NCBI GenBank assembly: GCA_030748415.1
Contig: JASMMA010000009.1
Location: 45,194-109,193, forward strand
DNA length: 64,000 nt
From: Planctomycetota bacterium
GTDB taxonomy: Bacteria > Planctomycetota > UBA1135
Reading direction: 5' to 3'
Below are positions 48,125-57,672 of this stretch, piece after piece (the first letter of the stretch is position 1; every line of letters begins with the position of its first letter). The notes beneath the pieces are model-generated. The model was given only the letters and a program-made list of their open reading frames with translations. It did no database searches and was not told where the DNA came from. The position numbers were made by a program, and so were the translations under genes.

Positions 48125-49028
48125 TCTCCCATCCACGCGATTCCAGGGGGAATTCTGAACCATCCAACATCCAGCGAAGCCCCTTCTTGGTCGTGAGTTC
48201 TCCGATTACATGAAACCCCGACCGCTTAAGAAGGGGGTCTTCCAAAGCGCGACGAGCCATTTGAGGCCGCATAGAAACCAATAATTCGTAATCTTCACCT
48301 TCGCCCACTGCGCTTTCCCAGCCAGAGGGTTCACATTTCAGGCCTTTCGAGAGAGGGATGGCATCCAATTCAACTTCGGCACCCACCTCGCTGGCTTCTA
48401 AAAGGCGAGGAAGATCTTTGGCTAAACCGTCGCTCAAATCCATCATTGCCCGTGCACGGTAGCGCTGCACAAGAGCGCGCCCTTCTGCGAGCCGGGGTTC
48501 AGGAAGAATGTGCCGACCAGAACGAACGGCATCGCCCAAGCGCCCAGTTACGCAAAGCCAGTCCCCGGCCTTAGCACCTGAACGCCCTGGACTTCTCCGA
48601 CGCCCTTCCTTTCCAAAAACGCAACAGGTCAGGACAAGCGAAGGGGCACAACTAATGTCCCCTCCAATCACCGAGCAACCAAAATGCTCTGCCTCGGTTA
48701 AGAAATGGCGCGCGAGTCGCTTCAGCCAGGAACGGGTTAAATCTGCAGGAGCGGCAATGGTCCATGTAACTGCCCAAGGCTGAGCACCTGAAGCTGCAAG
48801 GTCGCTCAGGCTCCTCCGGAGTAACTTGCGGGCAAGCTGAGCTGGGCCAGAGTCTTCGGCAGCATGAACCCCCAAAACGACCTGGTCTGTACTAACAAGC
48901 AGGGATGTGCCAGCCGGCGGATTAATGCGCGCACAATCGTCTCCAGGTCCGGACAAACCTTTTCTTCTCCGAAATGCCTCCTTGAAGATAATATGCAGGG
49001 CGTCTTCCCCCTTCCTCCTTTGTTTCAC
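48108..49028 (-). CDS. thiL: Thiamine-monophosphate kinase
   Basis: GDDCA, STD, SLSDLAASGA.P, GGD, RSGAKAGD, MDLSDGL and GEDYEL. Confidence 0.93.
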   Translation of the reverse strand: MKQRRKGEDALHIIFKEAFRRRKGLSGPGDDCARINPPAGTSLLVSTDQVVLGVHAAEDSGPAQLARKLLRRSLSDLAASGAQPWAVTWTIAAPADLTRSWLKRLARHFLTEAEHFGCSVIGGDISCAPSLVLTCCVFGKEGRRRSPGRSGAKAGDWLCVTGRLGDAVRSGRHILPEPRLAEGRALVQRYRARAMMDLSDGLAKDLPRLLEASEVGAEVELDAIPLSKGLKCEPSGWESAVGEGEDYELLVSMRPQMARRALEDPLLKRSGFHVIGELTTKKGLRWMLDGSEFPLESRGWENDWNN

Positions 49029-49439
49029 ACTCGCCCCCCTCGCTCGACCACTGCTGGCCTAGCACGCTCTGAAATCCTTTGGATACTGGGGCTTGCCTTG
49101 GTTTCCACCCTTGCGATTCTATGGACTTTGCGGACGGAGCGAGAAAGAGCTTTTAAGAGGCATGCACATGATGGCTTAGAGCACCTTCGCGGCATGATTG
49201 AAATGTTGGACTCAGCACCTACTGGGGACCATATTTGGGCGGGCACTGGAAAGCTCCCCCTGAGTATCCAAGATTTCGAACCGCTGACCGACCTGCTTGG
49301 AGAATTTGCCTGGACCGGCCCAGATCCTTGGGGTGGTTCTTTTATCTTGCGTTCCATCGACGGGGCATTTTTCATCCAAAGCGGTGGGAGCGATAGCGAC
49401 TTGGAAACCGAGGGACTGAGCTTACCGATTACTCGATAG
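48993..49439 (+). CDS. Putative prepilin/pseudopilin-like protein (GspG-like)
   Basis: AG|LARSEILWILGLALV resembles G|FxxxE plus hydrophobic helix; C-terminal DPWG..F.......SGGSD. Start 48993 or TTG 49020. Confidence 0.5.
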   Translation: MQGVFPLPPLFHTRPPRSTTAGLARSEILWILGLALVSTLAILWTLRTERERAFKRHAHDGLEHLRGMIEMLDSAPTGDHIWAGTGKLPLSIQDFEPLTDLLGEFAWTGPDPWGGSFILRSIDGAFFIQSGGSDSDLETEGLSLPITR

Positions 49440-50037
49440 CCTTGGCCATATCGCTAAGGGTCGACTTGGACCGAGCTGCTCTTAATACTGCTACTGCGTG
49501 GACACCAGCCGCCTTGCACATCGCAACTTGCTCTGGTGTTTCGATTCCACCAAGAGCAATGATTGGGATACCTGCTTGGCAAGCTGTCTTTAAGTTGTTC
49601 AATCCTTGGGGTTGAAGAATTCCCTTTTTCGAGGGCGTTTCCCAAATCGGACCAAAGAAGAGGGCTGTGCACTCGCCCACTTCTGCGCAATGTCGCACCT
49701 CTTCAAGGGAATGTGTTGAGCGAAGGCGGCAGAGACCCCCCCATTGGGGCAAAAGCTCGGGAGCTAAGGAGCGGCTTCCTTCTACCCAAGCATCCGCAGA
49801 AACAATTTTGGCCCAATCTTGGCGGCCATGAACTGCTAAAAAGCGGGCGCGATTCCGGAGTTGGTGTAAAAGTTCAATGGAAACCCTCTCGGAACAGTTT
49901 GGCAAACGAAAAGTCCAGGCCGTTGCCGAAGCTGCATTTTCCATCCAAATTTGGGCCTCAGTTAGGTTTTGAAGATTGCTGGCAATCGCCCAGATACCTG
50001 GTGGAGGATCAGGAAGTGGATCGGAATGAAACGCCAA
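49429..50037 (-). CDS. Thiamine phosphate synthase family (ThiE/TenI-like)
   Basis: STHSLEE, FGPIWETPSK, PIIALGGI and GV..VAV. Confidence 0.8.
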   Translation of the reverse strand: MAFHSDPLPDPPPGIWAIASNLQNLTEAQIWMENAASATAWTFRLPNCSERVSIELLHQLRNRARFLAVHGRQDWAKIVSADAWVEGSRSLAPELLPQWGGLCRLRSTHSLEEVRHCAEVGECTALFFGPIWETPSKKGILQPQGLNNLKTACQAGIPIIALGGIETPEQVAMCKAAGVHAVAVLRAARSKSTLSDMAKAIE

Positions 50038-52009
50038 AATCTCGCACCCAGGACTGAAGTTGCTCCTCGTCGACTGAAGTGGAAACAGTCAAAGTGGAAT
50101 GATCTAGGCGCTTCAATCCCAGTTGTTCCAGCTTGGGATGAAGCTCCAAGCGATCTAAAATTTCAGGAGTTTCACAAATCAATCGGCCGTCAGGGTGATA
50201 AGTCACCAAACCATCCATGCGTGCCCAGGATTCCAGGGAAAAGAGCACATTCCGAGGGATTGGTGTACGCGAAAGTTTCACGAGCAAGTCCATCATGGAA
50301 TCTAGGTCTAATCCTTGTTGCAGACCGCGGTGAATGCTTCCTGGAGATATGCGATAGTGATAAAGGCTATCGCTCAACTCTCGGTCACAAAAGCGGTCAA
50401 GCTCATAAACTAATTCATGAGACCGCTCGTCTGGAAATAAAACAACTTCAAAGTCGGGGTTCACAACGATGTGACCTGCTCCTTCAAGTTGGCGCCCCGG
50501 AATCATCTCTAATAATTCGGCCCCCAACTTGGTGAGGCGAATGGCAGAAGCGCGGCCACTCTTGTCATAGCCCATATCTACAATTCCGAGGACATAAAGG
50601 TGCTTTCGAATCCAGGTCAAAAGGTTCCATGCTAAGGATTGGATATCAGCAGAGGATCGCACCGGAAAAGTAGCGTCATCCATTTGTCCTTCCTTATTGA
50701 TAGCCTGTTCAACTAAATAGTGGTTTCGGGCAACAAAGGGGAGAAACATGGCTGCGTGCCATTTTTCAGGTTCCATCCGTTTAATGTATCTTAAGGCCGT
50801 TCTCCGCAAGGGAAGTTGGTGAGCCATGTCCCCTGGCAATTCACGATCCTCGATGAGCCAGTCCAACATCATGACTTGCTTCTCGTGCAAATCTTTTGAG
50901 AGAAATTCTTTGCCTTCTGGAGTCATTAAAAAGGAACGCTCTCCAGTCCGATCAATCAACCGGTAAGCCAGTGCAAAGCGATACTCAAGTTCCAAAATTT
51001 CTCGGCGCCTAAACTCGCTCCCGGGGTTCGGAATTAAATGTTCCGCGATTCGCTTTCCAGTACTTTTAAAAATTGCCCCCCGAACAGTGAAGCGAATATT
51101 TTCATCGCCAACAAAAGAGGCAAAGCGAGAAAAGTTGGAAACAAAGTCCACCCCAATGGAGGCAATGGTGTGCGGGGTAACTGACTCACCAGTTGCCTCT
51201 CTTCGCAGCCAAGCCAAAACAGCTTCATTGAAAATTGCGAGAATGGAGCCCCTTTGCCGAATCCCGAAATGTTCCAGGTCAAAGTCGGCAATTGTCCCCA
51301 ATGTGTCTTCTTCCAGGGTTTGGCGAAGCTTCAACAGTTTGGGGCCTTGGATACCTTTAGCTGACAACTCGGAGAGTGGAACCAATCCGCCCCAATGAGT
51401 GATTGCCCAAGAGACTAAATCTCTGAATTCAGGATTAAGATCATCAATGCGGCCACAGAGAGCCGCCTCGGATCCCAAAAACTTGTACATCCGCCTAGCT
51501 GAATCTTTGGCTCCCTCTCCCTCGCCTTGGCTCCGAAAATGTTGTTCCAAAAAACCATGCAAAGTTAGTAGTTCTTGGGGCTTCAAATTTGCTGGAATTG
51601 CAAGACTTAGCGCCTCTCGAAGTTCATCCGGTATCACCCAGCGAGAATTCCCATCTGAGTCCTTTTTGCCTGAGGGAGAAACAAAGCCAAGTGCCACCAA
51701 TTCAGCGAGGGCCGAGCGCAACCCACCCGATCGAATCCCGGAGCCGCGTAGCCCACCATGGATTCTGGGAAAACTGAGGCCGACTTGAGGTCCATCCAGC
51801 AGAACTGCAAAGGCTGATCGAGGATTTGCTGGAAGAGTCGCTTGAATTGCGCCCACGGACCCGGGATCCACCATCTTGCTCTTCAGCAGTTTCACCAACT
51901 CAGACCTGTCCTTGGGAGGAAGCCCCCCCACCCACTTGTCATGCATGTCACGGAGTTCGCTTTCCGAACGCCCAGAGAGGGTCTTACTCAGACTAAAAGT
52001 CACACGCAC
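50009..52009 (-). CDS. XPB/Ssl2 helicase-associated domain protein
   Basis: C-terminal IVVNPDFEVV...LDRF......YRISP.SI.RG...G......L...S...IP.NV...L.SW matches the domain at the XPB N-terminus; no ATPase motifs; coupled to XPB. Confidence 0.8.
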   Translation of the reverse strand: MRVTFSLSKTLSGRSESELRDMHDKWVGGLPPKDRSELVKLLKSKMVDPGSVGAIQATLPANPRSAFAVLLDGPQVGLSFPRIHGGLRGSGIRSGGLRSALAELVALGFVSPSGKKDSDGNSRWVIPDELREALSLAIPANLKPQELLTLHGFLEQHFRSQGEGEGAKDSARRMYKFLGSEAALCGRIDDLNPEFRDLVSWAITHWGGLVPLSELSAKGIQGPKLLKLRQTLEEDTLGTIADFDLEHFGIRQRGSILAIFNEAVLAWLRREATGESVTPHTIASIGVDFVSNFSRFASFVGDENIRFTVRGAIFKSTGKRIAEHLIPNPGSEFRRREILELEYRFALAYRLIDRTGERSFLMTPEGKEFLSKDLHEKQVMMLDWLIEDRELPGDMAHQLPLRRTALRYIKRMEPEKWHAAMFLPFVARNHYLVEQAINKEGQMDDATFPVRSSADIQSLAWNLLTWIRKHLYVLGIVDMGYDKSGRASAIRLTKLGAELLEMIPGRQLEGAGHIVVNPDFEVVLFPDERSHELVYELDRFCDRELSDSLYHYRISPGSIHRGLQQGLDLDSMMDLLVKLSRTPIPRNVLFSLESWARMDGLVTYHPDGRLICETPEILDRLELHPKLEQLGLKRLDHSTLTVSTSVDEEQLQSWVRDFGVSFRSTS

Positions 52010-53697
52010 CCTCCATACTCATTGAGAGTTTCAGGAGTAAGAATGTCGTAGGAATATCCCTGCTCAGTTAAGAAGCGTTGCCGCTTTTCGCCATATTCTT
52101 GATCCACGGTTGCCTCTGTAACAAGAGAGTAAAACCGCGCCGTGCCACCATCGGACTTGGGACGCAAGATACGCCCAAGCCGTTGAGCTTCTTCTTGCCG
52201 GGAGCCAAAGGTTCCTGACACTTGAATGGCAACCTGGGCATCGGGCAAATCAATGGCAAAGTTGCCGACCTTGCTCAAGATGAGGGTCTTTTCTTCACCA
52301 TCTCGAAATGCTTGGTAAAGGGCTTCTCGCTCGTCATTCGGAGTTTTTCCAGTTATCAATGGAGCGCCAAGTTCATCCTTTAATTGCTCCAGCTGCCGAA
52401 TGTACTGGCCGATAATCAGAATCCGTTCTCCTTGGTGCTTTTCAAGAAGCTCAGAAAGAATATTGTTCTTCTCTAGGTTTTCAGTTGCAAAACGAAACTG
52501 CTGTCGCCGAGGCATTCCCAAATACTCCATGCGTTCATCTTCAGAAAAGGGTACGCGGACCTCAAGGCACTCCACACTCGCAATGAAGCCACGACGCTCT
52601 AAGTCTTTCCATGGTGCGTCGTATCGTTTGGGACCAATTAAGCTAAAGACTTCTTCTTCTTTTCCATCTTCGCGCACCAAAGTAGCAGTTAATCCTAATC
52701 GCCGACGCGCTTGGATATCAGCAGTCGCACGAAAGACCGGTGCTGGAAGCAGGTGTACTTCGTCATAGACAATCAAACCCCAGTCGTTTTGGCTAAAGAT
52801 ACCAAAATGAAGGAACTCATCTTCTTTACTCTTCCGATAGGTAATCATTTGATAAGTGGTCAAAGTAACCGGTCGAATTTCTTTATTTTCTCCGGAATAC
52901 TCACCTACTTGGTCTTCGGTCAAATGAGTCTTATCCAGAATCTCCCGCCGCCATTGACGAAGCGCAACCGTGTTCGGGGCTAGGATAAGGGTGTGGGCGC
53001 CGACAAGTTCCATTGCGGCCATTCCAACGATGGTTTTGCCTGCACCACAAGGAAGTGAAATAACCCCACTCCCACCGAGTGCGGTCCCACCTTTGTGAAA
53101 AGACTCCACTGCTTGCACTTGATAAGGACGAAGTGTGAAGGGAGTTCCCGAAAGAGTTTCCTCTCGAAGATGAATCTCAAGTGGAGTCCCCTCGCGATAA
53201 CCAGCGAGGTCCTCAACTGGGTATCCCAAATGAGTGAGCCGTTCTTTGACGAGCCCACGTGAGGCATGGGACAAGGTTGCAGTGCCATTATCACCCTTTA
53301 CATCTTCCAACAGCTCAGACAGTTGGGGATCATGCAATAGCCCACGAAAAACCCTAGGCTTGGTGCATATCAAAGAAAGAACGTCACCATTGGCTTCCAT
53401 TCGAAACAGCCCACATTTCCCAAACCAGGTTTTGAGTTCGGTTTCAAAATTGGGTGGCACACCGTAGCGAGCTTCTTTGCGAAGGGTCGCCAGGACCTTT
53501 CGCGCTTGGAGTCCCGTTGCTGCAGCATTCCATACAGATATGGGAGTGATTCGATAGGTATGGAGATACTCGGGCGATTTAACAAGTTCGGCGAAGGGGA
53601 GCAGAAAATCCCGCATTTCCTCGAAACGCGGATGCGCTGTTTCCAGAACAACCGTGAGGTCGCTCTGGAGGATGAGAGGAGGTACAGATTCGCTCAA
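52000..53697 (-). CDS. XPB/Ssl2/ERCC3-family DNA helicase
   Basis: PLILQSD.TV.LE, ELVKSPE..HTYRITP.S.WNA, LRPYQ, LPCGAGKT, DEVHLLPA, GLTATLVREDG and GSRQEEAQRLGRILRPK. Confidence 0.95.
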   Translation of the reverse strand: MSESVPPLILQSDLTVVLETAHPRFEEMRDFLLPFAELVKSPEYLHTYRITPISVWNAAATGLQARKVLATLRKEARYGVPPNFETELKTWFGKCGLFRMEANGDVLSLICTKPRVFRGLLHDPQLSELLEDVKGDNGTATLSHASRGLVKERLTHLGYPVEDLAGYREGTPLEIHLREETLSGTPFTLRPYQVQAVESFHKGGTALGGSGVISLPCGAGKTIVGMAAMELVGAHTLILAPNTVALRQWRREILDKTHLTEDQVGEYSGENKEIRPVTLTTYQMITYRKSKEDEFLHFGIFSQNDWGLIVYDEVHLLPAPVFRATADIQARRRLGLTATLVREDGKEEEVFSLIGPKRYDAPWKDLERRGFIASVECLEVRVPFSEDERMEYLGMPRRQQFRFATENLEKNNILSELLEKHQGERILIIGQYIRQLEQLKDELGAPLITGKTPNDEREALYQAFRDGEEKTLILSKVGNFAIDLPDAQVAIQVSGTFGSRQEEAQRLGRILRPKSDGGTARFYSLVTEATVDQEYGEKRQRFLTEQGYSYDILTPETLNEYGGCV

Positions 53698-53703
53698 ACC
53701 GAA

Positions 53704-56700
53704 TTAAAGGGCAGGATGATGCTCTTTCCATTCTGGCGTGCTGCCAGAGGAGAGGTAGCCGTTCATTGTAGAGAGAACTTGGGAAGCCTCCAAGGGGTTC
53801 AATCCGCCAAGAACCTCAAAAATACGGCAGTCCTGCAAGGACTCCTCTTCTGCGAGGTAGGACAGCAACGGCAACATGGAGCGATCACCAAGGGGAAGGC
53901 GCTGTAAGGGTTCCCCTAGGCAATAGTGTCCCATCCCCATTTGGCAAGCCAAGCCAGCAGGAAGGGCAATGCTCGGCGTTTCCGCAAAATGTTTGGCGGC
54001 CTGCTCCAGAGAGGCTTGCCCCAATCCGCGCCAAGTCAAACCTCTTAACTCCAAGCGAGAAGCAACCGCGTTCCATCCAGTTCCATCACAACGGGGACAT
54101 GGGGCAAAGAGTTCGGGATGCGGTCGATGACCTCCCCGCCCTTGACAATCTGGACAAGAAATATCTGGGTTCCCTCTCACGAGGTTGTTGGGGCCCCACC
54201 CTTTTTGGCGAGCTTCCTCGCAAGAGGAGAATTGTGTTCGAAGTGCTGGCTGAAGCCCCAAAGCCTTTCCAACAGAGTCCATCGAAGTTGCGCGGTTGGG
54301 AAATGCCCACTGGTCTCCACTCAACGCCAAGGAAAATGGGCTCGTTGCTTTAGGGGCGAGTTTATCTTCTGAGGAAGGGGCGGAACCACCATACCCCTCT
54401 GCATTTGTCCATAAATGACCAGATTGTTTTTTCAACTCGGAAGCAAGGAAGTTTGCGAGCTTGACGGGTAAACCTGCTAAGGCTTGGTCGTGAATAAGGC
54501 TGACTCCTTCTACAGGGAAGAGAATCCAACCCAACAAACGAGCTAATTTCTGCTCAAGTTCCTGGAGCTGCGACCAAGAAGTTCCAGCGCTTCGCTCATT
54601 GAGGGATGAGCCCTTGAGCAAGTCAAGTGCGCGTTGGAAGATTGTTGGTTCTTTCACCTCATTTGAAAAGTGCTCAATGGCCACAGAGCAATCCATTAGG
54701 AGAATATCACTGAAGAACTTACCACCAAGAGAGAAAGCCACTTCTCCTGCTTCGCTTTGATTTCCGGTGCCGCAATCGGCGCATGCCCCTTTTTGGTATG
54801 AAAAACATCCCTCTCCGAATTCACCCCTTAGGTTTCCTCCGCCCAGAAGACTCGCGTGATGTTCCAAATCGCGAACGCGCTGTTCGCAGTTAGGGGAAGC
54901 ATGAAAAGTAAATTTGTCCAGTAAAACCTCGTCGCCCTCGGAGAGTTTGACTCCTTTTCGAAGAAGGAGGACTTCTTTGTTCCGTTTCAGCCTTCTAAAT
55001 CCGGCTGCTAACAATATCGAAGCAGATGGCGCTCCACTCAGTTCAAAGGTCGGGGTTGTAGTCCATGTTATTTCTGCATCACGAAGGGATTTCTGAGAAC
55101 GAGCAGCTTCAAACAAAGAAACCCAAGGACCACGACCGCCACATTTCAGGCATCGCGCTTTCCCTTCTTGATGAAGAATACGCAACATTAAATCCTCTAT
55201 TCCCAAAACAGACAAGAGCGTCGTTACACCTTGTGGAGCTGTTGGCCATGCCGTCGGCGAGAGAGCCGTTGAAAAAGAGTCCTTCAGTTCGGGAAGAACC
55301 AAGTTGGAAACCAATGGCGAACGGGTAGCCAGTTCCCTCCAGAGTGCTCCCTCTAGGGCGAGACGCCCTTCTCGGTTTCTTGATTCGGAAAGGATGCCTC
55401 CCTGTTCTTTGGGCTGAGGAGTTTCGAGGACAGAAGAAACCTCCCCATCATATTTTGAGTTCAGCCAACGGCCCGTAGGCGAATTTCCATTTGCAATATC
55501 CGCAGGCGTCCCAGAGAAAACGAGTTGTCCACCTTCCTTTCCTGCGCCAGGACCTAACTCCAGAATCCAATCCGCGGCACGCAAAAATAATTCATTGTGC
55601 TCAACAATCCAAAAGGAGTGCCCTTCTTCCGTTAAGGAACGGAATACTTCAAGCACCATCCTTGCCTCTTCCATGGGGAGCCCGAGACATGGCTCGTCCA
55701 AGACAAAAAGTTTGGGTCGATCTGCGCGTCCTCGAGCAAGCTCCTTGGCCAAAGCTATCCGGCTTCGTTCTCCTAAAGAAAGGTACCGACCTCGCTCCCC
55801 AAGACTTCGCTCCCCCATACCCAATCGATTCAGCAAAAGTATGCAACGGCGAAGTTGGCCATCTCGGGGAATCCTTTCACTCAGCTCTTGAATCGGTGTT
55901 TGAAGCCAATTTTTGAGGCTTCTTCCGCGGAGCCGCAGTTCCAGCAAGTCTGCCCGCAACCCAAGCCCATCACAGTCAGGGCACGGCAAGGCATCAGAAT
56001 CCACTCCATGCCCACGGCAAGTCGGACAGGCACCCTTGCCACTCAATGCGATAAGGTCCGAGGGGCTTAGACCACGGATTCGACCTTCTTCGCCTTCTGT
56101 GAATGCCGTTCGGATTGCTGTCCAAGTCCCAGACAAAGTCGCAACTGTGGAAATTGCGGCTGAGCCTAGGGCTCTTTCAAGGAGCACTGTGACCCCCCCC
56201 AACGGAAGGGTGCCCTCGAAATTTTTCCCAGCCCGAATACGAGGTATCAATTCTTCCTCAAGCAGAGTCGTCTTCCCACTTCCACTAACACCTGCAATCC
56301 CAACAACGGTCTGAAGAGGCATCTTAAGTATTGGAATTTGAATAAACCGCGTATTTAAATCCGAAAAAACAACTTGTTCTTTGATTACCCAGGTCCGCGT
56401 TGGGGGGAAAACATCCTGAACTCCTGACAATTCATCACGGAGTCCTTTTGCAACAACTTGGCCTCCTCTGGGGCCGCCACCAGGACCTAGGCGAAACCAC
56501 GAATCTGCACCTTCAAGGAACTCACGAGAAGGGTCTGCCGTAATCACTGTGTTCCCCTGAGCAACTAATTCTCCTAGAAGTTGCACCAAGTTCCGCCTCT
56601 CAAGTCCATGGAGACCCATTCCTGGCTCGTCAAACAAAACGAGTTGCTCACATCGCACTTGACTCAACAAAACCGAAAGTTCCAAGCGTCTAGCTTCGCC

Positions 56701-57672
56701 CAAAGATAGGGTGCCCAGTTCTCGATTTAGGCCCAAGTGCCCAAGGCCCGCGCGGACAAGATAATTTAGTTGTCGGTTCGGGCCTGACTCCAAGGTGGAA
56801 GAAAGCTCGAACCAATCTTGGAGGCATGCTTTTCGCCAATCCTGACATGAGATGCCATTCAGCAGCCAGCTCTGCTCAAATGAGAGGGAACCTTCGCCAC
56901 CCAGACAAAGCATGGAGGCTGGGAGTTCAGAGTTTTGCTCTACCCCACAATTGGGGCACTGGTGCGGTGGAAAAAAATCCACCCTAGATGCACCGAACTC
57001 CACTCGCATGGGTCGCATCCGAGTCCATGCTTCTCCAAGGGACACCTCGAGTCGAGCAAAGCGTTCGGTTTTCCACCGAAACCGGTCCACTAATAGCCAA
57101 GTGCCTTCAGGAAGACAATGGGGCATTTCTTCTAAGCGCTCCAACCCCTTGGACGTTTTTGCACGAGTCCAACCAGAAGCCAATAATTGTTCCCGATCGA
57201 AAGATGATGCATCGGAATAAATTATGATTGAGGAACCATCCTGGAATTTACGAACCAGTGAGAGCGCTTCCTCAATGCTCGGTGGTGCCCATTCTTGGCT
57301 ACACTGAAGACAACGGCGTTTCCCTTTTTCTTGGAGAGCTTGAACTAATACTGGCCACAACTGAAGAGCATCAACAAGAGTTGTTTTCTTACGATTTCGT
57401 GGGACTTCGCCTTCCCACGCAACCAGAGGCTGAAGACCCGTAACGGAATCAGCAACACCTTCCAACCAGGACTCGCTCCCAGAAGGAAGGCTCCTAGAAT
57501 CATCTAAAATTCGAAAGCGTTTCCGGGCAACCGGCTCTAAAGCACCAAATAGAATTCCACTCTTTCCGGCCCCACTTGGCCCAAAGAGGGCACTCCATTT
57601 CCCATGGGGGAAATCGATATCAACCGAGCGCAAATTTCTAGCCCGCAGGCCCCGAAGCCTGAGCTTACTCAT
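53704..57672 (-). CDS. Divergent double-length UvrA-like ABC ATPase
   Basis: GLRARNLRSVD, GPSGAGKS, GVSGSGKT, two LSLGE signatures, two DEP motifs, LGPGAGKEGG and eight CxxC motifs; C-terminal half degenerate. Confidence 0.8.
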   Translation of the reverse strand: MSKLRLRGLRARNLRSVDIDFPHGKWSALFGPSGAGKSGILFGALEPVARKRFRILDDSRSLPSGSESWLEGVADSVTGLQPLVAWEGEVPRNRKKTTLVDALQLWPVLVQALQEKGKRRCLQCSQEWAPPSIEEALSLVRKFQDGSSIIIYSDASSFDREQLLASGWTRAKTSKGLERLEEMPHCLPEGTWLLVDRFRWKTERFARLEVSLGEAWTRMRPMRVEFGASRVDFFPPHQCPNCGVEQNSELPASMLCLGGEGSLSFEQSWLLNGISCQDWRKACLQDWFELSSTLESGPNRQLNYLVRAGLGHLGLNRELGTLSLGEARRLELSVLLSQVRCEQLVLFDEPGMGLHGLERRNLVQLLGELVAQGNTVITADPSREFLEGADSWFRLGPGGGPRGGQVVAKGLRDELSGVQDVFPPTRTWVIKEQVVFSDLNTRFIQIPILKMPLQTVVGIAGVSGSGKTTLLEEELIPRIRAGKNFEGTLPLGGVTVLLERALGSAAISTVATLSGTWTAIRTAFTEGEEGRIRGLSPSDLIALSGKGACPTCRGHGVDSDALPCPDCDGLGLRADLLELRLRGRSLKNWLQTPIQELSERIPRDGQLRRCILLLNRLGMGERSLGERGRYLSLGERSRIALAKELARGRADRPKLFVLDEPCLGLPMEEARMVLEVFRSLTEEGHSFWIVEHNELFLRAADWILELGPGAGKEGGQLVFSGTPADIANGNSPTGRWLNSKYDGEVSSVLETPQPKEQGGILSESRNREGRLALEGALWRELATRSPLVSNLVLPELKDSFSTALSPTAWPTAPQGVTTLLSVLGIEDLMLRILHQEGKARCLKCGGRGPWVSLFEAARSQKSLRDAEITWTTTPTFELSGAPSASILLAAGFRRLKRNKEVLLLRKGVKLSEGDEVLLDKFTFHASPNCEQRVRDLEHHASLLGGGNLRGEFGEGCFSYQKGACADCGTGNQSEAGEVAFSLGGKFFSDILLMDCSVAIEHFSNEVKEPTIFQRALDLLKGSSLNERSAGTSWSQLQELEQKLARLLGWILFPVEGVSLIHDQALAGLPVKLANFLASELKKQSGHLWTNAEGYGGSAPSSEDKLAPKATSPFSLALSGDQWAFPNRATSMDSVGKALGLQPALRTQFSSCEEARQKGWGPNNLVRGNPDISCPDCQGRGGHRPHPELFAPCPRCDGTGWNAVASRLELRGLTWRGLGQASLEQAAKHFAETPSIALPAGLACQMGMGHYCLGEPLQRLPLGDRSMLPLLSYLAEEESLQDCRIFEVLGGLNPLEASQVLSTMNGYLSSGSTPEWKEHHPAL

